DNA of 45,904 nucleotides from assembly GCA_047626655.1 (NCBI GenBank), contig JBLHSI010000001.1:1-45904 (forward strand). The letters run 5' to 3'. A model generated the notes under the pieces. The model worked only from the letters and a program-made list of their open reading frames with translations. It ran no database searches and had not been told where the DNA came from. This document shows positions 1 to 9,811 of the stretch, piece by piece; position 1 is the first letter of the stretch, and each line of letters starts with the position of its first letter. A program made the translations under genes and the position numbers. This DNA comes from Halioglobus sp. GTDB taxonomy: Bacteria > Pseudomonadota > Gammaproteobacteria > Pseudomonadales > Halieaceae.

Positions 1-485
1 TTATTTACAAGCCGCTTGATGGTATGGGCGGCACGTCTATATTTCGAGTTAAGCAAGACGACCCCAATATTAATGTCATTTTAGAGATTCTTACCGAGTT
101 TGGTGCTCAAACCATAATGGCGCAGCGTTATTTGCCCGAAATTAAACAAGGCGATAAACGTATCCTGATGATTAATGGTGAAGCCGTTCCCTATGGCTTG
201 GCTCGCATTCCTACAGGCGATGAAACCAGAGGCAATTTGGCGGCAGGCGGCAAAGGGCGGGCGCAGCCGCTATCGGAGCGAGATTTATGGATAGCGAAAG
301 AGATAGGCCCCAGTTTGCGGGAAAAGGGCTTGTTGTTTGTGGGGTTGGATGTAATTGGTGACTATCTGACTGAAATTAACGTCACCAGTCCAACCTGTAT
401 TCGCGAAATTAACGACGAATTCAACTTAGATATTGCAGGTGATTTGATGAAATGTATCGCGCAAGAATTGCGCGATAGGGGCTAA
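1..485 (+). CDS. gshB: glutathione synthetase, C-terminal part (5' end lies outside the window)
   Basis: The frame is open from the window edge (..[16 protein letters not shown]..). ATP-grasp type motifs are present: [35 protein letters not shown]. Stop at 483-485. Confidence 0.9.
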   Translation, partial: IYKPLDGMGGTSIFRVKQDDPNINVILEILTEFGAQTIMAQRYLPEIKQGDKRILMINGEAVPYGLARIPTGDETRGNLAAGGKGRAQPLSERDLWIAKEIGPSLREKGLLFVGLDVIGDYLTEINVTSPTCIREINDEFNLDIAGDLMKCIAQELRDRG

Positions 486-492
486 AATCTCT

Positions 493-1368
493 GTGACTTA
501 TGAGGGCATGGAGCGTGAACCAGACCGGCATGAGCGCTTGCAGTTTGCCGTTTTTTTGGCCGCAGCGCTGCATCTCACTTTTATACTGGGCCTCACCTTC
601 GAGGCATCTGAGGCCGTCAGCTATACACCGCAACTCGAAGTGACCCTGGCTACTCGCCCCAGCGAGCAACTACCTGACAAAACCGAGCTTCTCGCCGCTA
701 TGAATCAGCTTGGCAGTGGCGATGAAGCCGACCGCAACGAAATAACCAGTCGAGAGGTTTCCCCAGCGATTCAGCCGGAGATAGAACCGCAGGCGAGTCA
801 GGCAAGGCCGGAGCGTCAGCAGGAACAGTATGCCACGCCCACGGCAGCGACAGCCGCCGCGGCTGACGCCTATATTACCAAAGAGCCCGAGCAAAAAATC
901 CGACTGAGAGAGAGGGCGTCCGGTGCGACTAGCGAGGTTGACCGATTGTCCCGCGAGTTGGCTAGTCTGGAAGCGCGCTTGGATTCGCAGACTCAGGCGC
1001 TCTCAATCATGCCTAGAGTTCGCCGGCTTACGTCGGCGTCAGCTAAACAGGCGGCCGATGCAGCTTACCTGTTACAGTGGCGACAGCGGCTGGAAGCGGT
1101 GGGTAATAAGTATTACCCCGCAGCGTCCGAGCGCTATGGTATTTATGGCAACTTGCAGTTGCTGGTAGTGATAGCGCGGGATGGAAACCTCGAAGATATT
1201 CAAATATTGTCGTCTTCGGGGCATGCAGTACTAGACGAGGCCGCCATAAAAATTGTCCGTATGGCGGCCCCTTTCGCGCCGTTTTCAGAAGAGCTTCGAG
1301 CGACCACCGACACACTGGAAATTATACGCACATGGCAATTCCAGCAAAACAAGCTAAGCTCAGGTTAG
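493..1368 (+). CDS. TonB-family energy-transducer-like protein
   Basis: N-terminal hydrophobic anchor (FAVFLAAALHLTFILGL), a Pro/Glu/Gln-rich spacer, and a C-terminal TonB-type domain (GNLQLLVVIARDGNLEDIQILSSSGHAVLDEAAIKIVRMAAPFAPF). It sits next to gshB, as tonB3 does in Pseudomonas. Start is GTG 493 or ATG 508. Confidence 0.75.
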   Translation: MTYEGMEREPDRHERLQFAVFLAAALHLTFILGLTFEASEAVSYTPQLEVTLATRPSEQLPDKTELLAAMNQLGSGDEADRNEITSREVSPAIQPEIEPQASQARPERQQEQYATPTAATAAAADAYITKEPEQKIRLRERASGATSEVDRLSRELASLEARLDSQTQALSIMPRVRRLTSASAKQAADAAYLLQWRQRLEAVGNKYYPAASERYGIYGNLQLLVVIARDGNLEDIQILSSSGHAVLDEAAIKIVRMAAPFAPFSEELRATTDTLEIIRTWQFQQNKLSSG

Positions 1369-1408
1369 GACTTAGTTTGATTAGCAAATCAAAATACCAG
1401 GAGTGACC

Positions 1409-1993
1409 ATGTCCCTCATTAACAGCCAAGACGAGCATAGCAGCAGTCTGCGAAACCATTTTTTGCTGGCTATGCCCTCATTGCGTGAAAGCATTTTCTC
1501 TCAGAGTATTACCTATATTTGTGAGCATGACGAACAGGGTGCAATGGGAATAGTCATTAACCAGCCTTTAGAGCTTTCGTTATCAGAGATTTTTGAACAT
1601 TTGCAGATAAAGGCGCAGGTTAAGGTTCCCCAAGTACAGATTATGTCGGGTGGGCCAGTGCAAATCGATCATGGCTTTGTGCTGCATCGAAAAAGTGATC
1701 GTGAGTGGGAGGCAAGCCTCAATGTTACCGCCGAAATTACGTTGACCACGTCTCGAGATATTCTACAGGCCATTGCGCAAGGCGACGGCCCTCCTGACCA
1801 TTTGATGGCTTTGGGCTACGCCGGTTGGTCTGCGGGTCAGCTGGAGGAGGAGCTGGTAGAAAATAATTGGCTGACATTACCGGCCGATGGTGACGTTATC
1901 TTTTCCACGCCTTACCACTTAAGGCACAGTGCGGCGGCGGCCAGCCTGGGAGTTGATATGAACTTAATTTCTGCTCAGGCGGGGCACGCCTGA
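1409..1993 (+). CDS. yqgE: YqgE/AlgH family protein
   Basis: Family signature FLLAMPSL..SI.YICEHDEQGAMGIVINQP. AGGAG at 1399-1403 lies 5 nt before ATG 1409; the ORF track's GTG 1403 start is less likely. Confidence 0.85.
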   Translation: MSLINSQDEHSSSLRNHFLLAMPSLRESIFSQSITYICEHDEQGAMGIVINQPLELSLSEIFEHLQIKAQVKVPQVQIMSGGPVQIDHGFVLHRKSDREWEASLNVTAEITLTTSRDILQAIAQGDGPPDHLMALGYAGWSAGQLEEELVENNWLTLPADGDVIFSTPYHLRHSAAAASLGVDMNLISAQAGHA

Positions 1994-2012
1994 ACACTCT
2001 GGGACCAAGCCG

Positions 2013-2435
2013 GTGGTAGTTCGCGCTACGATTACTGTCCTCGCCTTTGATTTTGGCTTGCGTCAAATTGGAGTGGCTGTGGGCAATAGTTACAGTCAGA
2101 CCAGTCAACCGCTCGCCATTGTGAAGGCAAAAGATGGAAAGCCTGATTGGCAAGCGCTGGAAAAGTTAAGGAAAGAGTGGCTACCCGATTTGCTAGTGGT
2201 GGGCGACCCCCTCAATATGGACGGGAGTGCTTCAGGCATGAGTGAGCGGGCGCATAAATTTGCCCGCAGGCTTCATGGCCGCTGGGGCATCACCTATGAA
2301 ATGGCCGACGAACGTCTCACTAGTTTTGAAGCCAAGCAGAGCCAAAGTGAGCGAGGGCACCAGGGTAACTATAAAGATGAGCCTATCGATAGTTACGCAG
2401 CTGAGCTGATTTTGCAGAGCTGGTTTCGCAATTGA
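2013..2435 (+). CDS. ruvX: putative pre-16S rRNA nuclease / Holliday junction resolvase-like YqgF
   Basis: N-terminal LAFDFGLRQIGVAVGN motif, about 140 aa, and conserved position after yqgE. GTG start. Confidence 0.85.
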   Translation: MVVRATITVLAFDFGLRQIGVAVGNSYSQTSQPLAIVKAKDGKPDWQALEKLRKEWLPDLLVVGDPLNMDGSASGMSERAHKFARRLHGRWGITYEMADERLTSFEAKQSQSERGHQGNYKDEPIDSYAAELILQSWFRN

Positions 2436-2484
2436 ACGTGGATCGGCCCGCCTATAGCTCCGGTACTAAGCTCGGACTGCCTAT

Positions 2485-3591
2485 CTACCTTTGGTGTTTA
2501 CCGGGACTATTGGATGCGTCATAGGACAGGCCATCGACACGGGGACCAGATTCTCGATTGCCATGCATTTTAATCGCCAGGCGAACTTCGTTGGATGAGT
2601 CGGCAAAGCGAACCGCGTCCTTAGCACCTATGTCTCCTGCCTTATAGCTGGCAATCAGAGATTGATCCATGGTTTGCATGCCCAGTTCGGTAGACTTAGC
2701 CATCAAGTCTTTAATGAGATGCACATCTCCCTTGCGGATATAGTCAGCCGCAAGAGGGGTATTTAAAAGTACTTCTACCACAGGGATACGCCCTTTACCC
2801 TTTTTTGCGGGCAAGAGTTGCTGTGCCACCATCGCTTTGAGGTTAAGAGATAGGTCCATCCAGATTTGCGAGTGTTGGTTGGGCGGGAAAAAGCTCTGTA
2901 TTCGATCTAATGCCTGGTTGGCGTTATTGGCATGCAGTGTGCAAAGGCAGAGGTGACCTGTTTCGGCGAAAGTGAGGGCTTGTGCCATAGTGTCTGCCGA
3001 TCGTACCTCGCCGATCATGATGACGTCGGGAGCCTGGCGCAGGGTGTTTTTCAGTGCGACCTCGAAGGACTCTGTATCGGTTCCGACTTCACGCTGTGTG
3101 ACGATACAGCCGGCGTGTTCGTGAACAAATTCAATCGGGTCTTCAATGCTAATAATGTGGCCGCGACTGTTGCGGTTGCGTTCCCCTATGATGGCGGCAA
3201 GCGATGTCGACTTACCTGTGCCGGTTGCGCCGACAAAGATGACAAGCCCGCGTTTGGTCATCGCCAGTTCTTTAATAATAGGTGGCAGACCTAGGTCTTC
3301 AATTTTGGGAATGGTAGTTTCGATACGACGCATGACCATGCCGTACTGACCGCGCTGGACAAACGCGCTGACCCGGAAACGACCGAGGCCCTGCCAGGCT
3401 ATAGCAAAGTTACATTCTTGACTGACTAAAAACTCTTTCTTTTGCTCCTCCCGCATGACAGAAAGCACGAGCTCCTTCGCTTTCGCTTCCGACAATACTT
3501 TGTCAGATACTGGAAGCAGCTGTCCGTCAATTTTAATACTGGGCGCGGCGTGTGCCGATATAAAGCCGTCAGATGCGCCTTCTTTGACCAC
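2485..3591 (-). CDS. pilU: type IV pilus retraction ATPase PilU
   Basis: Walker A GATGTGKSTSLAA, Asp box ISIEDPIEF, Walker B DVIMIGEVR, and His box TGHLCLCTLHANNA, directly downstream of pilT. Conserved N-terminal residues continue upstream of the GTG at 3591, up to 3618 (see finding). Confidence 0.9.
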   Translation of the reverse strand: MVKEGASDGFISAHAAPSIKIDGQLLPVSDKVLSEAKAKELVLSVMREEQKKEFLVSQECNFAIAWQGLGRFRVSAFVQRGQYGMVMRRIETTIPKIEDLGLPPIIKELAMTKRGLVIFVGATGTGKSTSLAAIIGERNRNSRGHIISIEDPIEFVHEHAGCIVTQREVGTDTESFEVALKNTLRQAPDVIMIGEVRSADTMAQALTFAETGHLCLCTLHANNANQALDRIQSFFPPNQHSQIWMDLSLNLKAMVAQQLLPAKKGKGRIPVVEVLLNTPLAADYIRKGDVHLIKDLMAKSTELGMQTMDQSLIASYKAGDIGAKDAVRFADSSNEVRLAIKMHGNRESGPRVDGLSYDASNSPGKHQR

Positions 3592-3656
3592 CCGTTTGAG
3601 TAAGTCATCTATATTTATGGGGGCGTCCTCATGTGATTATCGACCAACGTTACCGG

Positions 3657-4691
3657 CTAAAAATTTTCCGGCATTCTGGCTTTTCCTTTGGCTGTTTCCC
3701 GCATGATAATTTTCTTAGCGAGCAGTTCTTGCAGACACTGATCCATAGTTTGCATGCCCAGAGCCGACCCAGTTTGTATCGCAGAATACATTTGCGCTAC
3801 TTTATCTTCTCGAATCAAGTTTCTGATGGCGGGTGTGCCTCGCATGATTTCGTGCGCAGCCACACGACCTCCGGTGGCGCGCTTCAACAGTGTTTGTGAT
3901 ACTACCGCCTGCAGTGATTCCGATAACATGGAGCGAACCATGGACTTCTCCTCACCGGGAAACACATCGACAATACGGTCTATAGTCTTCGCAGCGGAAG
4001 TAGTGTGCAAGGTACCAAAGACCAAATGACCCGTTTCGGCAGCGGTTAGTGCCAGACGAATAGTCTCTAGGTCGCGCAGTTCGCCCACTAGAATAATATC
4101 GGGGTCTTCGCGTAATGCCGAGCGCAGGGCCTCACTAAATCCCAGCGTGTCTCGGTGTACTTCGCGCTGGTTTACCAGACATTTTTTGCTTTCGTGGACA
4201 AACTCGATAGGGTCTTCTACCGTGAGAATGTGCTCGTATTTGTTGTCATTGATGTAGTCAACCATGGCGGCCAGTGTCGTGGACTTACCTGAACCGGTAG
4301 GACCGGTGACCAAGACCAACCCCCTGGGCATCATTGATATATCCCTGAACACTTGGCCCATGCCTAGGTCTTCCATGGTCAGGACCTTAGATGGAATGGT
4401 TCGAAACACGCCGCCGGCACCGCGATTGTGATTGAAGGCGTTGACCCGAAAACGGGCCACTCCTGGTACTTCGAAGGAGAAGTCGGTCTCCAGGAACTCT
4501 TCATAATCTTTGCGCTGTTTATCGTTCATGATATCGTAAATTAATTCGTGAACTTGCTTGTGCTCCATCGGCGGCAAGTTAATGCGGCGCACGTCTCCGT
4601 CGACACGAATCATCGGTGGTAGTCCAGCCGAAAGGTGCAAATCTGAAGCGCCCTGTTTCGCACTAAACGCCAGTAGTTCTGTAATATCCAT
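3657..4691 (-). CDS. pilT: type IV pilus twitching-motility ATPase PilT
   Basis: 344 aa. MDITELLAFSAKQGASDLHLSAG.., Walker A GPTGSGKSTTLAA, TVEDPIEF, and TGHLVFGTLHTTSA are all typical PilT motifs. Confidence 0.95.
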   Translation of the reverse strand: MDITELLAFSAKQGASDLHLSAGLPPMIRVDGDVRRINLPPMEHKQVHELIYDIMNDKQRKDYEEFLETDFSFEVPGVARFRVNAFNHNRGAGGVFRTIPSKVLTMEDLGMGQVFRDISMMPRGLVLVTGPTGSGKSTTLAAMVDYINDNKYEHILTVEDPIEFVHESKKCLVNQREVHRDTLGFSEALRSALREDPDIILVGELRDLETIRLALTAAETGHLVFGTLHTTSAAKTIDRIVDVFPGEEKSMVRSMLSESLQAVVSQTLLKRATGGRVAAHEIMRGTPAIRNLIREDKVAQMYSAIQTGSALGMQTMDQCLQELLAKKIIMRETAKGKARMPENF

Positions 4692-4763
4692 GGTGTCCCC
4701 TCTACGCCCTAATCGCAGACCATTTTATTATCATATCGCCCGCCCTGAGGAAAATCAGCTACT

Positions 4764-5465
4764 ATGACTCTCATGAGTAATTCACTAATTTCGCAGAACG
4801 TAACAAAGCTAGCAAGCAGAGTACGTCTCGCCGCACAAAAAAGCCAGCGCAGCCCTCAGGACATCAGCATTGTCGCAGCCAGTAAAACCCGTTCTGCCGA
4901 TATCATCGAGCAGGCATTTCAGGCGGGCATAACCCACTTTGGGGAAAACTATCTACAGGAGGCGCTGGAAAAAATCGACCAGCTGCGCGCGCTCAAGATT
5001 GTGTGGCATTTTATTGGGCCGATTCAATCTAACAAAACCCGGGCAATTGCCGAAAATTTTGATTGGGTACACAGCGTTGATCGAGCCAAAGTTGCCCGCC
5101 GGCTCAGCGCTCAGCGCCCTGATAAGCTGCCACCTCTGCAATTGTGCTTGCAGGTCAATATTTCGCAAGAGCCTAGTAAGTCGGGCGTGCTAGCCCAGGA
5201 ATTGCCCGAGCTCGTACAAGAAATATCTGAGCTTGAAAATATCCAACTGCGTGGCCTGATGGCGATTCCCGCAGCCACCACGGATGCACGCGAGCAACTT
5301 TTGGCATTTGGTCAGATGCGCGAGCTTCTGGCGTCTGTGCAGGCTATGAGTCCGACCATGGACACTCTGTCTATGGGTATGTCTGCTGATTTGGAAGCGG
5401 CCATCGCGCAGGGGTCTACCCTCATTCGGGTGGGTACTGATGTTTTTGGCCCGCGTGACAGGTGA
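4764..5465 (+). CDS. yggS: YggS-family pyridoxal-phosphate homeostasis protein
   Basis: AASKTR (PLP lysine), FGENYLQEA, and WHFIGPIQSNKTR motifs; 233 aa. Confidence 0.9.
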   Translation: MTLMSNSLISQNVTKLASRVRLAAQKSQRSPQDISIVAASKTRSADIIEQAFQAGITHFGENYLQEALEKIDQLRALKIVWHFIGPIQSNKTRAIAENFDWVHSVDRAKVARRLSAQRPDKLPPLQLCLQVNISQEPSKSGVLAQELPELVQEISELENIQLRGLMAIPAATTDAREQLLAFGQMRELLASVQAMSPTMDTLSMGMSADLEAAIAQGSTLIRVGTDVFGPRDR

Positions 5466-5535
5466 TATTGCCTACCCGCCCTGTGTATACTGGGCTATTC
5501 GGTAAAACACCTTTTTAGACAGTATAGGTACAGAT

Positions 5536-6357
5536 TTGGACACACCACGTATTGCTTTTATTGGCGCAGGAAATATGGCCAGCAGTATTATTGGCGGCTT
5601 GGTTGAGAGCGGCCACTCGCCACAAGATATCAGCGTTGCCGATCCCTATCCGCCCAGTTTGGAGAAGTTGAGTACGATCGCTGCTGTGCGCGTATGTCAC
5701 AGCAACGAGGCGGCGGTAGACGGCGCAGATGTTGTGGTTCTGGCAGTGAAGCCGCAAGTCATGTCCGAGGCGATTAGCAGTATTGCGGGGGCGGTCGCCA
5801 CGAGCGGTGCAGTGCTTATGTCTATTGCTGCTGGTGTTACCATTGCCAGTATGCAGAAACGCCTGAGTGCACCGGCCGCCATCGTCCGCTGCATGCCTAA
5901 TACGCCCGCTTTGCTGGGCTGTGGTGCCAGTGCGCTGTATGCTAATGAACATACATCTGAGCAACAACGAGATTACGCACAGAGCGTATTGTCGGCCGTA
6001 GGGCTAGCGACATGGGTGGACGACGAAGCGTTGCTGGAGGCTGTAACGGCCTTGTCTGGTAGCGGCCCTGCCTATTTCTTTCTGTTTATGGAGGCGATGA
6101 TTGCCGCCGGAGTCGAGTTGGGCTTGGACAGTCAAACCGCCACGCAGTTGACACATCAAACGGCTTTAGGTGCTGCTAGAATGGCCGTGGAAAACGATGT
6201 CCCATTGGCCGAGCTGCGGCGTCGTGTTACTAGTCCCGGCGGAACCACCCAAAGTGCCGTTGAGAACTTTCAAGACAACAATCTCAACATCATAGTTGCC
6301 CAAGCCATGCAAGCTGCCGCCAATCGAGCAGCGCAAATGGCCGAAGAAACGGGCTAA
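5536..6357 (+). CDS. proC: pyrroline-5-carboxylate reductase
   Basis: IAFIGAGNMASSIIGGL Rossmann motif, plus CMPNTPALLG, SGSGPAYFF and VTSPGGTT. TTG start at 5536. Confidence 0.9.
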   Translation: MDTPRIAFIGAGNMASSIIGGLVESGHSPQDISVADPYPPSLEKLSTIAAVRVCHSNEAAVDGADVVVLAVKPQVMSEAISSIAGAVATSGAVLMSIAAGVTIASMQKRLSAPAAIVRCMPNTPALLGCGASALYANEHTSEQQRDYAQSVLSAVGLATWVDDEALLEAVTALSGSGPAYFFLFMEAMIAAGVELGLDSQTATQLTHQTALGAARMAVENDVPLAELRRRVTSPGGTTQSAVENFQDNNLNIIVAQAMQAAANRAAQMAEETG

Positions 6358-6376
6358 ACAAGGAGTAAATGAAAAG

Positions 6377-6964
6377 ATGGGCGCATTAGCTGATATCTCT
6401 GCGTATCTTGTGCAAACAGTTGTGAGCCTGTATCTGCTGGCCATGTTACTGCGATTTCTACTGCAGCTGGTGAAAGCGGATTTTTACAATCCGATTAGCC
6501 AGTTTCTGGTCAAGGTTACCAATCCCTTAGTGATCCCTCTAAGAAAAGTCATTCCCGGCTTTGGTGGGATAGACATCGCCACGTTACTGCTGTCGTTACT
6601 GTTGCAGATACTAGCGATGGTGGCCGTGCTAATGCTCAACGGCTGGCAGCTACCCAACCCCTTACAATTATTACTTTGGGGTGGGCTTGGCTTGGTTGGA
6701 TTGCTGGTTAACATTTACTTTTTTGCGCTGTTGGCAATGATTATTTTGAGTTGGGTGGCGCCGGGTAGCAGTAACCCCGCAGTCTATATGCTGCACCAAA
6801 TAACGGAGCCGGTGATGGTCCCCGTGCGAAAAATTGTGCCGCCTATGGGTGGTCTGGATTTCTCTCCTATTGTGGTGTTTATACTGATCAATATTATTCA
6901 AATAGCATTGGGACATATGGCATCCGAGATACAGCTGCCCTCCGGCTTGGCCATTGGCCTCTAG
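6377..6964 (+). CDS. yggT: YggT-family integral membrane protein
   Basis: Two YGGT-type repeats with 4-5 hydrophobic helices. AAGGAG at 6360-6365 precedes ATG 6377. The longer ORF from 6296 overlaps the proC 3' end. Confidence 0.85.
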   Translation: MGALADISAYLVQTVVSLYLLAMLLRFLLQLVKADFYNPISQFLVKVTNPLVIPLRKVIPGFGGIDIATLLLSLLLQILAMVAVLMLNGWQLPNPLQLLLWGGLGLVGLLVNIYFFALLAMIILSWVAPGSSNPAVYMLHQITEPVMVPVRKIVPPMGGLDFSPIVVFILINIIQIALGHMASEIQLPSGLAIGL

Positions 6965-6973
6965 ACTAATGCC

Positions 6974-8158
6974 GTGAATAGCAGCAGCGAAAATGGTTCA
7001 GCGAGCACGCGCGCATCGCCCACCGATGCGAATCTTGCGGACTTGGTGGTGCCCCAGCGAGCACAGTTTGACGAGCCGCTCCAGCTCGCCTGCGGGCGTG
7101 AACTAAGCCGCTATGAACTGGTGTATGAGACCTATGGCGAACTCAACGCAGCAAAATCGAATGCCATTTTAATCTGCCATGCATTGAGCGGTCATCACCA
7201 TGCTGCCGGCTATCATCACCGCGACGAAAAAAAACCCGGTTGGTGGGACGAATGCATAGGCCCTGGCAAGGCTATTGACAGCAATAATTTTTTTATCGTC
7301 AGCTTAAATAATTTGGGCGGTTGTCACGGATCCACCGGGCCCTGTTCAATCAACCCGGACAGCGGAGAACCTTGGGGCCCTGATTTTCCAAGCCTGCGCG
7401 CGCGCGACTGGGTTCACTCGCAAGCCCGATTGGCAGACCGTTTGGGTGTTGCCTGCTGGGCCGCTGTGATAGGGGGTAGTCTGGGAGGCATGCAGGCTAT
7501 GCGCTGGTCGCTGGAATATCCCGAGCGGGTAAAACACTGTATCGCTATTGCTTCAGCGATGAAGCTCAGCGCCCAGAACATTGCCTTTAACGAGATCGCC
7601 AGGCAGAGTATTTTCGCCGACCCCGATTTTGCCCAGGGTTATTATTTGAAAAAAGGCACTGTGCCGGCCAGAGGCTTGGGGCTTGCCCGCATGGTAGGTC
7701 ACATCACGTATTTGTCTGAAGATGCCATGGCGAAAAAGTTTGGCCGGGATTTGCGCAGTGGCACCTTAGATACCGGTACAGACGATGATATTGAGTTTCA
7801 GGTCGAGAGTTATCTGCGTTACCAGGGCCGTCAGTTCTCCGACAACTTCGATGCGAACACCTATATCCTCATGACCAGGGCTTTGGATTATTTTGATTTG
7901 GCTCGTGAGTATGACAATGATCCAGTCGCTGCATTCAAGCATGCCCGTTGCAGTTATTTAGTACTTTCTTTTTCAACAGACTGGCGATTTTCGCCGACCA
8001 GATCGCGTGAAATAGTCGATGCATTAATCGCGGCGGGTCGGCCCGTATCCTATTCGGAGCTAGTGGCCAATGAGGGTCATGATGCCTTCTTACTGCCTAT
8101 ACCGCGCTACCTGAGCGTGCTTAGTGCCTACATGCGTCGCGTGGGAGCGGAGCTGTAA
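6974..8158 (+). CDS. metX: homoserine O-acyltransferase (MetX family; acetyl vs succinyl specificity not decidable here)
   Basis: Alpha/beta-hydrolase with [11 protein letters not shown] and the nucleophile elbow GGSLGGMQA, followed by metW. GTG start. Confidence 0.9.
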   Translation: MNSSSENGSASTRASPTDANLADLVVPQRAQFDEPLQLACGRELSRYELVYETYGELNAAKSNAILICHALSGHHHAAGYHHRDEKKPGWWDECIGPGKAIDSNNFFIVSLNNLGGCHGSTGPCSINPDSGEPWGPDFPSLRARDWVHSQARLADRLGVACWAAVIGGSLGGMQAMRWSLEYPERVKHCIAIASAMKLSAQNIAFNEIARQSIFADPDFAQGYYLKKGTVPARGLGLARMVGHITYLSEDAMAKKFGRDLRSGTLDTGTDDDIEFQVESYLRYQGRQFSDNFDANTYILMTRALDYFDLAREYDNDPVAAFKHARCSYLVLSFSTDWRFSPTRSREIVDALIAAGRPVSYSELVANEGHDAFLLPIPRYLSVLSAYMRRVGAEL

Positions 8159-8763
8159 TGCGTCTCGATCTCACACATATACAGCGCTGGATAGACACGG
8201 GCTCTCGCGTATTGGATTTGGGTTGTGGCAACGGTGAATTCCTGCAAATGTTGCGCGATGGCCGTCAAGTCATTGGCATGGGCCTTGAAATTGATGATGA
8301 CAATATCACCGAGGCCATTTCACGCGGACTCAATATAATTGAGCAGGACTTGAATGGCGGTCTAACTAACTTCCCCGATCAGAGCTTTGATACGGTAGTG
8401 ATGGCTCATGCGCTGCAGGCGGTTCGCTATCCCGATTTGGTACTGGATGAAATGCTGCGCATTGGCCGTGAGTGCATAGTGACTTTTCCCAACTTTGGAC
8501 ATTGGCGTTGCCGCCTCCATCTTAGTACTAGGGGTCGCATGCCGGTATCTGACTTAATGCCCTACAACTGGTACGACACGCCCAATATTCATTTTTGTAC
8601 GGTGCGCGATTTTGAGCAGCTTTGCGATGCCAAGGGGATTACTATTTTGGCGCGCGAAGTGGTTGGCAATACTCAGCGTAAACCTATGTTAGCCGCTCAA
8701 TGGCCCAACTTGTTTGCCACTACGGCCATCTATCACATTACCCGAGGAGGCGAAGATGCCTAA
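8158..8763 (+). CDS. metW: methionine biosynthesis protein MetW
   Basis: SAM-MTase-like VLDLGCGNGEFL, FPNFGHWRCRL and NIHFCT motifs. Its ATG overlaps the metX stop (TAATG). Confidence 0.9.
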   Translation: MRLDLTHIQRWIDTGSRVLDLGCGNGEFLQMLRDGRQVIGMGLEIDDDNITEAISRGLNIIEQDLNGGLTNFPDQSFDTVVMAHALQAVRYPDLVLDEMLRIGRECIVTFPNFGHWRCRLHLSTRGRMPVSDLMPYNWYDTPNIHFCTVRDFEQLCDAKGITILAREVVGNTQRKPMLAAQWPNLFATTAIYHITRGGEDA

Positions 8764-9208
8764 TTACATGACAGCTTTAGCCGCTTTACTTTGCCTGCTG
8801 CTTTTTAGTAGTGCCTCCGGGGCGCAGCAGTCCCAGATGTTTGATCAGTATGAAGTGCATTACAGTGTAGTTAATTCGACATTTTTGGATCCCAAAATTG
8901 CCGCTACCTACGGTATTACCCGAGGTAAAAAGAGCGCCATTTTGAATCTAGCGGTTCGCGAGCACTTGAGTGAAGAGCCCAATGGGCCAACAGAAGCCAG
9001 AGCCATGCTGCTAAAAGGAAAAACCTGGGATCTCATTCAAAACCAATCCTTGGAATTCCAGCAGGTGAAGGAAAGCGCGGCTATTTACTACATTGCCGAG
9101 TTTAAGTTTATCAACGAAGAGTGGCGTTTTTTTGAAGTAGACTTTCGACCCGAAGGCGCCGATAAAACCTATACCTTTAAGCTGAAGCACCAGCTGTACA
9201 TCAACTGA
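8756..9208 (+). CDS. DUF4426-like secreted protein
   Basis: GGAGG precedes ATG 8756. Signal peptide MPNYMTALAALLCLLLFSSASGAQQ. Conserved position between metW and rdgB in Pseudomonas-like genomes. Confidence 0.7.
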   Translation: MPNYMTALAALLCLLLFSSASGAQQSQMFDQYEVHYSVVNSTFLDPKIAATYGITRGKKSAILNLAVREHLSEEPNGPTEARAMLLKGKTWDLIQNQSLEFQQVKESAAIYYIAEFKFINEEWRFFEVDFRPEGADKTYTFKLKHQLYIN

Positions 9209-9810
9209 TGGTCGCACAAGACGCATCGGTTGTTGTGCTGGCCAGCGGCAACGCGGGCAAATTGGCAGAGCTGTCTCGCATACTGTCTCCGCTGCCGTTC
9301 AGTTTGCGCTCGCAAGCCGAATTTGATATGCCCGATGTCGTGGAAGATGGTCTTAGTTTTGTGGAAAACGCCATTATAAAAGCCAGAGCCGTGGCCAAAT
9401 TCACTGGCCATGCAACTATTGCCGACGATTCCGGTCTGGAGGTGGATCATTTGTTGGGTGCTCCAGGTATCTATTCTGCGAGGTACTCGGGCGAGGGCGA
9501 CGCAGCCAACAATGCGAAATTGCTAACGGCGCTGGCAATGCTGCCTCGCAGTGAGCGTACCGCTCGTTTTCAATGTGTCCTGGTTTACATGCGCCACTGG
9601 CGTGACCCTACGCCCATTGTGTGTCAAGGCAGTTGGGAGGGAGAGATTTTATTTGAAGCGGCGGGCGTTAACGGCTTTGGCTATGACCCATTGTTCTTCC
9701 TCTCCAAATATCAGTGCAGCTCCGCGCAATTGGATGCCGCCGAGAAAAACCGCGTGAGCCACCGTGCCAAGGCCAGCGTGCTCCTATTGGAAGCACTGCG
9801 TCAACGCTAA
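9208..9810 (+). CDS. rdgB: XTP/dITP diphosphatase (non-canonical purine NTP pyrophosphatase)
   Basis: VLASGNAGKLAEL, ADDSGLEVD.LLGAPGIYSARY, GFGYDPLF and SHRAKA motifs. TGATG overlap with the upstream gene. Confidence 0.9.
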   Translation: MVAQDASVVVLASGNAGKLAELSRILSPLPFSLRSQAEFDMPDVVEDGLSFVENAIIKARAVAKFTGHATIADDSGLEVDHLLGAPGIYSARYSGEGDAANNAKLLTALAMLPRSERTARFQCVLVYMRHWRDPTPIVCQGSWEGEILFEAAGVNGFGYDPLFFLSKYQCSSAQLDAAEKNRVSHRAKASVLLLEALRQR

Positions 9811-9811
9811 T

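Noticed and set aside
2932-3294. Antisense and shadow ORFs inside well-supported genes. Examples: 2932..3294 and 3146..3349 opposite pilU, 3754..4029 opposite pilT, 5515..5967 opposite proC, 12890..13237 and 13131..13337 across the CRTAC1 gap, and 23774..24193 and 24401..24760 opposite the DUF1972 GT.
   Set aside because: Each lies entirely within a gene on the other strand, or in another frame, that has clear family motifs. Their translations are low-complexity or Arg/Ser/Cys-rich, as expected for out-of-frame reads of coding DNA. None has a recognisable motif or ribosome-binding site.
6296-6376. Long N-terminal extensions in the ORF track: yggT from 6296, DUF4426 from 8714, hemW from 9764, GT2 to 20283, rfbF-like to 34968, and GT4 to 37974.
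   Set aside because: The extensions overlap the preceding gene or an operator-like palindrome, and they lack homology to the family N-termini. Internal ATG codons with better Shine-Dalgarno spacing give proteins that start at the conserved family N-terminus.
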